Of a DNA stretch of 64,000 nucleotides, positions 1 to 7,346 are shown piece after piece (positions within the stretch are counted from its first letter, which is position 1; the number at the start of each line of letters is the position of its first letter). The translations under genes and the position numbers were made by a program. Under the pieces are notes generated by a model that saw only the letters and a program-made list of their open reading frames with translations, made no database searches and had not been told where the DNA came from. Source of the DNA: an uncultured Flavobacteriales bacterium (lineage in GTDB: Bacteria > Bacteroidota > Bacteroidia > Flavobacteriales_D > Crocinitomicaceae); assembly GCA_913054135.1 (NCBI GenBank), contig CAJXJK010000005.1, positions 206,925 to 270,924 on the forward strand. Direction: 5' to 3'.

Positions 1-2
1 AA

Positions 3-131
3 AAATTAGGCATTTCAGAGTCTAGATTGCACCATCACGGATTCGGAGAGTCAAGGCCGGTTGCAACCAACTCTACCGAAGAAGGAAGAAGAAAGAATAG
101 AAGAATAGAATTTGAGATATTTTCTGAGTAA
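3..131 (+). CDS. OmpA-family protein, C-terminal end (5' truncated by window edge)
   Basis: Frame 3 reads KLGISESRLHHHGFGESRPVATNSTEEGRRKNRRIEFEIFSE*, matching the OmpA peptidoglycan-binding domain tail (G.GE..P...N....GR..NRR.EF). Not in the ORF track. Confidence 0.9.
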   Translation, partial: KLGISESRLHHHGFGESRPVATNSTEEGRRKNRRIEFEIFSE

Positions 132-244
132 TTCACAATCATTGTTGAAAAAATCAAAAATCTTGAATTAATTGAACTATTAGAAATTATTATATTCATC
201 TCGTTATTCAAAGTGGATGACATTATTAACCAAAAATTTGAACT

Positions 245-388
245 ATGAAAAAGTTATTATTTATGATGTTCCTTTTAGGAGGAGTAGCTGTAGGATTTTC
301 TAGCTGTGGTGAAGAAGGTGGAGATGATGCTGCTGAAGAAACTACTGAAGAAGCTGCTGACGAAGGTCACGACGAAGGAGGACACTAG
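245..388 (+). CDS. 47-aa acidic lipoprotein (missed by ORF track)
   Basis: MKKLLFMMFLLGGVAVGFSSC-GEEGGDDAAEETTEEAADEGHDEGGH*: basic N-terminus, hydrophobic core, lipobox FSSC, followed by a terminator. Confidence 0.75.
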   Translation: MKKLLFMMFLLGGVAVGFSSCGEEGGDDAAEETTEEAADEGHDEGGH

Positions 389-409
389 TCTACTTCAAAC
401 GAAAAAATT

Positions 410-445
410 AATCCTGACAAGCTTTGGCTTAGTCAGGATTTTTTA
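410..445 (+). terminator. Intrinsic terminator
   Basis: AATCCTGAC...GTCAGGATT inverted repeat followed by a T-run, between convergent genes. Confidence 0.75.
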
Positions 446-952
446 TTTCAATACTTTTTTACACTTTTCTTCATTCAGCCATTGTCCCCATTTTTTATCA
501 AAACCGTGAACAGCCTTTGTAGGTAGTCCTTTATCGTTTTCTAATGGATAACCTGAGTTGGCCCAATTGAAAATTCCACCATATAAGTTGTAAACTTTGG
601 TGAATCCATCCTTTTCAAGTTTTTCACCAATTTTTTCTGAACGATATCCAATTGAACAATAAACATAGACTTTACTATCTTTTGAAATGTCTTTCACGTT
701 TTCAATTTTGAATTCATCATATCCAATGAATTTGGCTCCTTTTATGTGACTTACCTCGTATTCTTTTTTCTCTCTTGCATCTAAGATTACTACATCAGCA
801 TTTTTACTCATTTCGAATTTGAGCTGGGTTGGTTTAGCCAGTGCTACCGTCCCTTTGATGTATCCTTTACACATATTGTCAAAACCATCCGGGTTTTGTC
901 CAAAACCAATTAGAACAAATGAGAAAAATAGAATAAACAAAGACAATTTCAT
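443..952 (-). CDS. Exported rhodanese-like domain protein
   Basis: Start reassigned to MKLSLFILFFSFVLIGFG (signal peptide). Motifs ILDARE..EY.VSHI.GA, active-site loop YCSIGYRS and NLYGGIFNW. Confidence 0.85.
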   Translation of the reverse strand: MKLSLFILFFSFVLIGFGQNPDGFDNMCKGYIKGTVALAKPTQLKFEMSKNADVVILDAREKKEYEVSHIKGAKFIGYDEFKIENVKDISKDSKVYVYCSIGYRSEKIGEKLEKDGFTKVYNLYGGIFNWANSGYPLENDKGLPTKAVHGFDKKWGQWLNEEKCKKVLK

Positions 953-1052
953 AGTCTTAAAATTACCAAAACAGTGCCACAAATCCAAGATTCAATGAAT
1001 TATGTGACCTTTGCTACTTTGTTTAGTCGTACAACATCCTATTTTTGTACAG

Positions 1053-2777
1053 TTGAAAAAATACATTCCCATATTAGAATGGCTTCCCAATTATAAAGCC
1101 AGTACTTTAAAAAAAGACTTGCCTGCAGGCTTAACAATCGGAATCATAATGATTCCTCAAGGGTTGGCCTATGCAATGATTGCAGGTTTGCCGCCTATAT
1201 ATGGTTTGTATGCAGCCTTATTACCTCAATTTATATATGCTCTTTTAGGAACCTCAAGACAATTGTCGGTTGGTCCTGTAGCAATGGATTCACTTTTGGT
1301 AGCATCCGGAATAGGAGCGTTGAGCTTAGCTGATCCCAGTGATTACTTATCAGTAGCCATATTTTTAGCACTCTTTATGGGTTGCGTGCAATTCCTTTTA
1401 GGAGTTTTACGAATGGGATTTTTGGTCAATTTTCTCTCTAAACCCATTATCTCAGGATTCACCTCAGCTGCGGCCCTAATTATAGGGTTTTCGCAATTAA
1501 AGTATCTAACGGGAGCTGAGATTGAGCGAAGCAATGTGTTTCATAATATAGTTCAAAACACACTTGACAAGATTAACGAAACCAATATGACTTCCCTATG
1601 GATAGGATTGGCCGGTATAGCTATCATATATGGATTAAAGAAGTGGAAAAAGTCATTCCCAGGAGCCTTACTTGTTGTTGTGGCGTCAATTGTATTTATG
1701 TACATGAGTGGGTTAGATCAAACTGGGGTTGATATCGTCGGTAAAATACCTGAAGGCTTACCATCATTTCAAGTACCATCAATTACACAAGATCAATTTT
1801 GGGAAATTGCTCCTTTCGCCTTCGCTCTAGCCTTAGTGGCCTTTACTGAAGCTATTTCAATTGGTAAGTCAATAGAACATCAGCATGATGATTATAAAAT
1901 TAATCCTAATCAAGAATTGAGAGCCTTAGGAATTTCAAATATTGTCGGGTCTTTTTTCATGTCCTATCCTACAACCGCAAGCTTCTCTCGGTCAGCAATT
2001 AATAATGAGGTAGGAGCAAAAACAGGAATGGCTTCAATTATTGGAGCTGTGATTATTGCCTTAACCTTACTTTTTTTAACCCCACTTTTCTTTTATTTAC
2101 CAAAACCAATATTAGCTTCAGTAGTAATGGTATCGGTTTTTGGATTAATTGATCTCAAGTACCCAATTCAATTGCTGAAGAGAAGGCCAGATGAATTTCT
2201 TTCTTTGGTCATTACCTTTTTAGCAACATTGTTTATTGGCATTATCGCAGGTATTATTATTGGAATTTTGTTCTCATTACTCTTGTTGGTTTACAGAACT
2301 GCCAAACCCCATATTGCAGAGCTAGGAAGAGTGGGAGAGTCTGATTACTTTAAAAATGTAGAACGATTTGAAGATGTTAATGAAAGAGAAGATCTCTTGG
2401 TTTTGAGGTTTGACAGCCAATTATATTTTGGGAATACTGACTTCTTTAAAACTGAATTGACAAGGCGTGTGGAACGTAAAAAAGGAAAGTTATCTGCCAT
2501 TATTCTTAATGCTGAGTCAATTAATTATATTGATTCAACCGGAGCCATAGTTCTTTGCAACGTGATTAAGGAATATAAAGTTAAAGAGATTCAATTTTTC
2601 ATAACCGGAGCAATAGGTCCTACAAGAGATATCCTATTGAAAAGTGGCGTGATGAAAGAGCTGGGAGAAGATTATCTCTTTGTAAAAACCCACGAAGCTG
2701 TTGATTTTATTGATCGCGGAGTTGGTAAAAATGAAATACAAGACAAGATCGCACGTCAAACTAAAAAGGAAAAGTGA
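1053..2777 (+). CDS. SulP/SLC26 family anion permease with STAS domain
   Basis: DLPAGLTIGIIMIPQGLAYAMIAGLPPIYGLY and GTSRQLSVGP signatures, multiple TM helices, C-terminal STAS (RFDSQLYFGN...INYIDSTG). Start placed at TTG 1053; the ORF track opens at 1011. Confidence 0.92.
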   Translation: MKKYIPILEWLPNYKASTLKKDLPAGLTIGIIMIPQGLAYAMIAGLPPIYGLYAALLPQFIYALLGTSRQLSVGPVAMDSLLVASGIGALSLADPSDYLSVAIFLALFMGCVQFLLGVLRMGFLVNFLSKPIISGFTSAAALIIGFSQLKYLTGAEIERSNVFHNIVQNTLDKINETNMTSLWIGLAGIAIIYGLKKWKKSFPGALLVVVASIVFMYMSGLDQTGVDIVGKIPEGLPSFQVPSITQDQFWEIAPFAFALALVAFTEAISIGKSIEHQHDDYKINPNQELRALGISNIVGSFFMSYPTTASFSRSAINNEVGAKTGMASIIGAVIIALTLLFLTPLFFYLPKPILASVVMVSVFGLIDLKYPIQLLKRRPDEFLSLVITFLATLFIGIIAGIIIGILFSLLLLVYRTAKPHIAELGRVGESDYFKNVERFEDVNEREDLLVLRFDSQLYFGNTDFFKTELTRRVERKKGKLSAIILNAESINYIDSTGAIVLCNVIKEYKVKEIQFFITGAIGPTRDILLKSGVMKELGEDYLFVKTHEAVDFIDRGVGKNEIQDKIARQTKKEK

Positions 2778-2817
2778 TTAATGTCACGAAAAGTTGAAGG
2801 TAAAGGCCTTAACTTTG
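2774..2817 (+). promoter_or_regulatory. Internal promoter for the MBL-rhodanese gene: GTGA-N6-TCAC palindrome plus -7 element
   Basis: GTGATTAATGTCAC at 2774-2787; TAACTTTG at 2810-2817 fits the Bacteroidota TAnnTTTG consensus; ATG at 2835. Confidence 0.45.
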
Positions 2818-2834
2818 AAGTAAGATTTAAAAGA

Positions 2835-4244
2835 ATGAAAGTAGAACAATTATATACAGGATGTTTGGCACAAGGTGCTTATTACATTGAAAGTAACGGA
2901 GAAGCGGCAATCATTGATCCGCTAAGAACAGTTGACGGCTACATTAAAATGGCTGCAGATAGAGGAGCGAAGATTAAGTATATTTTTGAGACTCACTTTC
3001 ATGCAGATTTTGTGAGTGGTCACGTGACCTTGGCGAAGGCCACAGGTGCTCCTATAGTTTACGGTCCGACCGCGAATCCACAATTTGATTGTGTGATAGG
3101 AGAAGACAATCAAGAATTCAAATTGGGTGATGTGACTATCAAATTGTTACACACTCCTGGTCATACCATGGAGAGTTCATCATATTTATTGATTGATGAA
3201 AACGGTAAAGAGCATTCATTGTTTTCAGGTGATACCTTGTTCTTAGGAGATGTTGGACGTCCTGATTTAGCTCAAAAGGCTGCTTCAATGACACAAGAAG
3301 AATTGGCAGGAATACTTTATGAAAGTTTAAGAAATAAGGTGATGACTTTGGCAGATGATGTGATTGTTTATCCTGGACATGGAGCAGGTTCTGCATGTGG
3401 TAAAAACATGAGTTCTGAAACAGTTGGTTCAATTGGACACGAGAAAGCAACAAACTATGCTTTGAGAGCAGATATGTCAAAAGAAGAGTTTGTCAAAGAA
3501 GTTACAGATGGCTTAATGGCTCCCCCAGCATATTTTCCTCTGAATGTTAAAATGAATAAAGAAGGATACGATCACTTTGATGAGGTATTGAATAGATCAA
3601 ATAAAGGTTTAAGTCCTCAAGCATTTGATGCTGCTGCGAATGAAACAAGTGCTGTAGTTTTAGATACAAGACATCAAACAGAATTCTCAAAAGGATTTAT
3701 ACCAAAATCTACTTTCATAGGAATTGATGGTGGATTTGCTCCTTGGGTTGGAGCATTGATTAAAGATGTTGAACAACCAATATTACTTGTGGTAGACGAA
3801 GGAAGAAGAGAAGAAGTAGTTACTAGGCTGGCAAGAGTAGGTTTTGATAATGTGTTAGGGTATTTAGAAGGAGGATTTGAAGCTTGGAAAGCGTCAGGTA
3901 AAGAAGTAGATTCTTTTGAAAGCATTTCAGCTGAAGACCTAGCAAAAATTCAAGGTAATGAAGACGTTAAGATTTGTGATGTCAGAAAACCTGGCGAGTA
4001 TGCTGCAGAACATATTGATGGAGCATGTACGGCACCATTAGATGATTTGAATAACTATTTAGAAAAGTTCGATCCAAACAAAACTAATTATGTTCACTGC
4101 TTAGGAGGGTACAGATCGGTAATAGCAATTTCAATATTAAAAGCAAGAGGAATCCATAATGTGGTTGACGTTCTTGGAGGCTTTAAAGCAATTGAAAAAG
4201 CAGATTTTAAGTTGACAGATTTTGTCTGTCCAACGACTTCATAA
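2835..4244 (+). CDS. MBL-fold persulfide dioxygenase-like hydrolase fused to two rhodanese domains (CstB/Blh-like)
   Basis: ETHFHADFVSG, HTPGHT, GDTLF.GDVGRPDL, YPGHGAGSACGK; C-terminal rhodanese with HCLGGYRS. Start set at MKVEQLY. Confidence 0.9.
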   Translation: MKVEQLYTGCLAQGAYYIESNGEAAIIDPLRTVDGYIKMAADRGAKIKYIFETHFHADFVSGHVTLAKATGAPIVYGPTANPQFDCVIGEDNQEFKLGDVTIKLLHTPGHTMESSSYLLIDENGKEHSLFSGDTLFLGDVGRPDLAQKAASMTQEELAGILYESLRNKVMTLADDVIVYPGHGAGSACGKNMSSETVGSIGHEKATNYALRADMSKEEFVKEVTDGLMAPPAYFPLNVKMNKEGYDHFDEVLNRSNKGLSPQAFDAAANETSAVVLDTRHQTEFSKGFIPKSTFIGIDGGFAPWVGALIKDVEQPILLVVDEGRREEVVTRLARVGFDNVLGYLEGGFEAWKASGKEVDSFESISAEDLAKIQGNEDVKICDVRKPGEYAAEHIDGACTAPLDDLNNYLEKFDPNKTNYVHCLGGYRSVIAISILKARGIHNVVDVLGGFKAIEKADFKLTDFVCPTTS

Positions 4245-4261
4245 AACTAAAAATTATAATA

Positions 4262-4666
4262 ATGAAAACGCTAAGATTATTAATGTTGGCAGCAACTTTT
4301 ACTGCCTTAAATGTAGGTTTCAGTATAAGCGCTAAACCTGCAATTCATCAACAAGATGATAAAAAACAAGTAGCTAAAAGAGTTACTCAAACTGAGTTTA
4401 AACAAAAACTTAAATCACTAAAAAATGTGCAGCTCATTGATGTGAGAACGAAAGGGGAGTTTAGCAGAGGAACAATTGAAGGAGCCGTAAATATAGATTA
4501 CAACTCATCTTCATTCAAAACCATGATTGGTAAACTAGATCGATCTAAGCCAACCATGATATTTTGTCATTCAGGAGGAAGAAGCTCGGCAGCTTTGAGA
4601 CAATTTAAGGCGCTCAAGTTTGAATATGTTCTTGAATTAGAAGGTGGATACAGCCATTGGAAATAA
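4262..4666 (+). CDS. Exported rhodanese-like domain protein
   Basis: Signal peptide MKTLRLLMLAATFTALNVGFSISA; LIDVRT..EF..G.I.GA; active-site FCHSGGRS; ELEGG. Confidence 0.88.
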   Translation: MKTLRLLMLAATFTALNVGFSISAKPAIHQQDDKKQVAKRVTQTEFKQKLKSLKNVQLIDVRTKGEFSRGTIEGAVNIDYNSSSFKTMIGKLDRSKPTMIFCHSGGRSSAALRQFKALKFEYVLELEGGYSHWK

Positions 4667-4674
4667 GCTGAGGT

Positions 4675-4911
4675 ATGTTAAAAGCGATAGAAAAGAATAT
4701 TAGTTTGTGGGCAATGGCCTCTTTCACTTTAGGACTTGCTCCTTTTAATCCACCGCACATTTGGGGTAAAATTCAATGGATAATGGGTGGAGCTGTAGGT
4801 ATGAAGGCTGTTGATTGGGGAGATTTCTTCATGCATGGCACTCCTTGGATCCTTTTGATAGTGGCACTTTCACTGAAACTGAAAAATAAATTACAAAAAA
4901 AAACATCTTAG
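4675..4911 (+). CDS. Small conserved two-TM membrane protein
   Basis: 78 aa with hydrophobic segments and a LGLAPF.PPHIWGKIQWI.GGA.GM...DW.D..MHG.PW motif; co-oriented with the rhodanese cluster. Confidence 0.7.
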   Translation: MLKAIEKNISLWAMASFTLGLAPFNPPHIWGKIQWIMGGAVGMKAVDWGDFFMHGTPWILLIVALSLKLKNKLQKKTS

Positions 4912-4912
4912 C

Positions 4913-4942
4913 ATAGGGGTAAGTTCATTTTGAGTTGTCATA
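4913..4942 (+). promoter_or_regulatory. Putative ECF-sigma promoter, copy 1
   Basis: ATAGGGGTAA-gttcattttg-AGTTGTCATA; both boxes and spacing are identical to 11004-11033. Confidence 0.75.
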
Positions 4943-4968
4943 TAACCAAAGACACAAAAATTAACAAA

Positions 4969-5700
4969 ATGAAAACTTTAAAAATTACCCTTATCGCATT
5001 AGCCGGATTGGCAACAATTACATCTTGTAAAAAAGGAGGCGTGTTCTGTTATGGAGCAAACGGCAATACAACAACCGAAACTAGAACGGCATCTAATTTT
5101 GATGAAGTAGAACTAGCAATGGCTGGAGATGTTTATATCACAAAAGCCGATAACTATTCAGTGCAAATTGAAGCTTCTGACAACCTTCATGAGATTATAG
5201 AAACGAAAGTGAGCGGATCTGAACTAGAAATTGACCTTCAAAACAATAAATGTTTAAAAGGGAATTCGAACGTCAAGATTTACATAACAATGCCCGAATT
5301 GACAGGCTTAACAGTTTCAGGGTCTGGCGGGATTTATGTTTCTTCATTCTTCGATTCAAACTCAATGGATATTGATATCTCGGGCTCTGGAGAAATTGAA
5401 ATGGATAGCTTAAAGGTGAATTCTTTTGACGCGAATATCTCAGGGTCAGGAGAAATGCTGATTCATGGTGTTGATACTTGCAATAATCAAAAATTGAATA
5501 TTTCGGGTTCTGGAAAATTCAGAGGTTATGATATGCTTACCAAAAGTTCAGACATTGACATATCAGGCTCAGGAAATTGTGAAATCAATGTTGTCAATGA
5601 CATTAAAGCAAGAATTTCAGGAAGCGGTAATGTAATTTATAAAGGTTCTCCTTCAATCGATTCAAATATTTCAGGATCAGGAACAGTAAGACCTTATTAA
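4969..5700 (+). CDS. Head GIN domain (DUF2807-like) lipoprotein
   Basis: Lipobox ITSC; repeated ISGSG/VSGSG beta-helix units; C-terminal ARISGSGNVIYKGSP. Start set at MKTLKIT. Confidence 0.85.
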   Translation: MKTLKITLIALAGLATITSCKKGGVFCYGANGNTTTETRTASNFDEVELAMAGDVYITKADNYSVQIEASDNLHEIIETKVSGSELEIDLQNNKCLKGNSNVKIYITMPELTGLTVSGSGGIYVSSFFDSNSMDIDISGSGEIEMDSLKVNSFDANISGSGEMLIHGVDTCNNQKLNISGSGKFRGYDMLTKSSDIDISGSGNCEINVVNDIKARISGSGNVIYKGSPSIDSNISGSGTVRPY

Positions 5701-5710
5701 TAATTTAATC

Positions 5711-5736
5711 GGTGAGAGAATTTCGGTTCTCTCACC
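5711..5736 (+). terminator. Strong hairpin after the GIN gene, abutting the sigma-factor promoter
   Basis: GGTGAGAGAA-tttcgg-TTCTCTCACC, a perfect 10-bp stem with a weak U-tract. Confidence 0.55.
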
Positions 5737-5737
5737 T

Positions 5738-5745
5738 TATCTTTG
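5738..5745 (+). promoter_or_regulatory. Housekeeping -7 element of the ECF sigma gene
   Basis: TATCTTTG, 5 nt before the GTG start at 5751. Confidence 0.55.
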
Positions 5746-5750
5746 TTTAA

Positions 5751-6308
5751 GTGCAATTAGTGGCTGATAAAATATCCCTCAATCAATTCGAAGATCTTTT
5801 TCGATCTCAGTATTCAGATTTATGTGCTGTAGCGAATAAGTATTTACAGGATTTAGATGCTGCCGAAGAGATTGTTCAATCTGTATTTGTGAAGTTTTGG
5901 GAAAGCCGAGAGAGTCTTCAGATCAAACAATCAATCAAAGGATATTTATTTACAGCAGTGAAGAATAATTGCCTAAATCAAATTAAGCACTTAAAAATTA
6001 AAGAAGAATATAAGGCACATAATCAAAGAGAGATTGCCTTAGAAGAAAGTCAATTTGAAGGAGAATTGGAAGGTTCTGAATTAGCCAAAAAAATCCAAGA
6101 ATCTATAGATAAATTGCCGGATGCTAGAAAGCAAATCTTCGTGCTTAGCCGATATGAAGGCTTGAAGTATAAAGAAATAGCCGAGAAATTAAACATCAGT
6201 ATAAAAACAGTTGAAAATCAAATGGGAAGCGCACTCAAATTCATGAAATCACAACTTTCAGAATATTTAGTAAGCCTATTAATTTTTATCATTTATATCT
6301 GGAAGTAA
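5751..6308 (+). CDS. ECF sigma-70 factor (Bacteroidota FecI-like)
   Basis: Region 2 AEEIVQSVFVKFWE...KGYLFTAVKNNCLN; region 4 IFVLSRYEGLKYKEIAEKLNISIKTVENQMGSALK; hydrophobic C-terminal tail; adjacent to fecR. Confidence 0.93.
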   Translation: MQLVADKISLNQFEDLFRSQYSDLCAVANKYLQDLDAAEEIVQSVFVKFWESRESLQIKQSIKGYLFTAVKNNCLNQIKHLKIKEEYKAHNQREIALEESQFEGELEGSELAKKIQESIDKLPDARKQIFVLSRYEGLKYKEIAEKLNISIKTVENQMGSALKFMKSQLSEYLVSLLIFIIYIWK

Positions 6309-6328
6309 ATGAAGTATTAATTGTCATA
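6299..6328 (+). promoter_or_regulatory. Putative ECF-sigma promoter, copy 2 (degenerate), upstream of FecR
   Basis: CTGGAAGTAA-atgaagtatt-AATTGTCATA; same 10-nt spacer; overlaps the sigma stop codon. Confidence 0.6.
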
Positions 6329-6338
6329 AGAGAAGAAC

Positions 6339-7346
6339 ATGTCAGAAAACAACTACATAGAATTCAATGAAGCAACCCTAATGGCTTATATCAACAAAGA
6401 GTTGAGTGATGAGCATATGGGAATGGTAGATCATTGGCTGACACTTTCTGATGATAACCAAGAAGAGATGGATAAATTGAAGAAGATATGGGACGGAAGT
6501 AAATTGGTAGCTGTGACCCCAGTTACTGTTGACACTGAAAGTGCATTGAAAAATGTACTTTCCCAAATTGATACCTCTGAAGAAAAAGTAATCCCAATTG
6601 AAAAGCCAACTAATTTCAGAAGAATATTCTTGTCTGCGGCAGCAATTATGATAGCATTAATTGGGGTCGTAGGATTACTCAATTACATTAATGGATCAGT
6701 TGAACAAATGAGTTTGACGGCGAGCTCGGGGATTTTAGAAAGTGAACTTCCTGATGGTACTTCAGTGAGCCTTAATGAAAACGCAACCTTAAAATATCAA
6801 AGTGAATTCTCTTCAAATGAAAGAAGAGTTGCGCTTGAAGGAGAGGCATTTTTTGATGTTGAACGAAACGAAGAAAAACCTTTTATCATTGATCTACATC
6901 ATGAGTCATATGTGAAAGTTTTAGGAACTTCATTCAATATTGATGCAGATGATAAGAAAGAGTTCACTACGGTATATGTTAAAAGCGGAAAGGTTGAATT
7001 CGGAACAGAGAAGGACCAAGTGACACTCAATGCTGGCGAAACTGGAGTAATGAATAATCTCACTGGTGAAGTTGAGAGGCGAGTAAATGAAAGCGAAGAG
7101 ATGAAAAGCATTTACTGGAAAACGCAAGAACTTGATTTTGATGACATCAAACTCTCTGAAACTATTGAGATATTGGAAGATGTTTTTGAAGTAAAAATTG
7201 ATCTGAATTGCATAGAAAAAGGAGACGATAGATTGGTGTCACATCACAAAGATGAGACGCTAGATGAAATTCTAAATGTTATTGCAACTGTTCTAGACCT
7301 TGATCTTATTCAAACCAGAGTATCTTATCAATTAAATTGTGATTAA
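6339..7346 (+). CDS. FecR-family anti-sigma factor
   Basis: N-terminal anti-sigma helices, single TM (ILSAAAIMIALIGVVGLL), LPDGTSVSLN, RRVALEGEAFFDV, VKVLGTSFN, VKSGKVEF, C-terminal STN-binding domain. Confidence 0.93.
   Translation: MSENNYIEFNEATLMAYINKELSDEHMGMVDHWLTLSDDNQEEMDKLKKIWDGSKLVAVTPVTVDTESALKNVLSQIDTSEEKVIPIEKPTNFRRIFLSAAAIMIALIGVVGLLNYINGSVEQMSLTASSGILESELPDGTSVSLNENATLKYQSEFSSNERRVALEGEAFFDVERNEEKPFIIDLHHESYVKVLGTSFNIDADDKKEFTTVYVKSGKVEFGTEKDQVTLNAGETGVMNNLTGEVERRVNESEEMKSIYWKTQELDFDDIKLSETIEILEDVFEVKIDLNCIEKGDDRLVSHHKDETLDEILNVIATVLDLDLIQTRVSYQLNCD

Noticed and set aside
35-223. ORF-track minus-strand 62-aa ORF
   Set aside because: Shadow of the OmpA C-terminus on the + strand (frame 3).
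306-509. ORF-track 67-aa + ORF
   Set aside because: Out-of-frame overlap of the lipoprotein at 245-388; it runs through a terminator.
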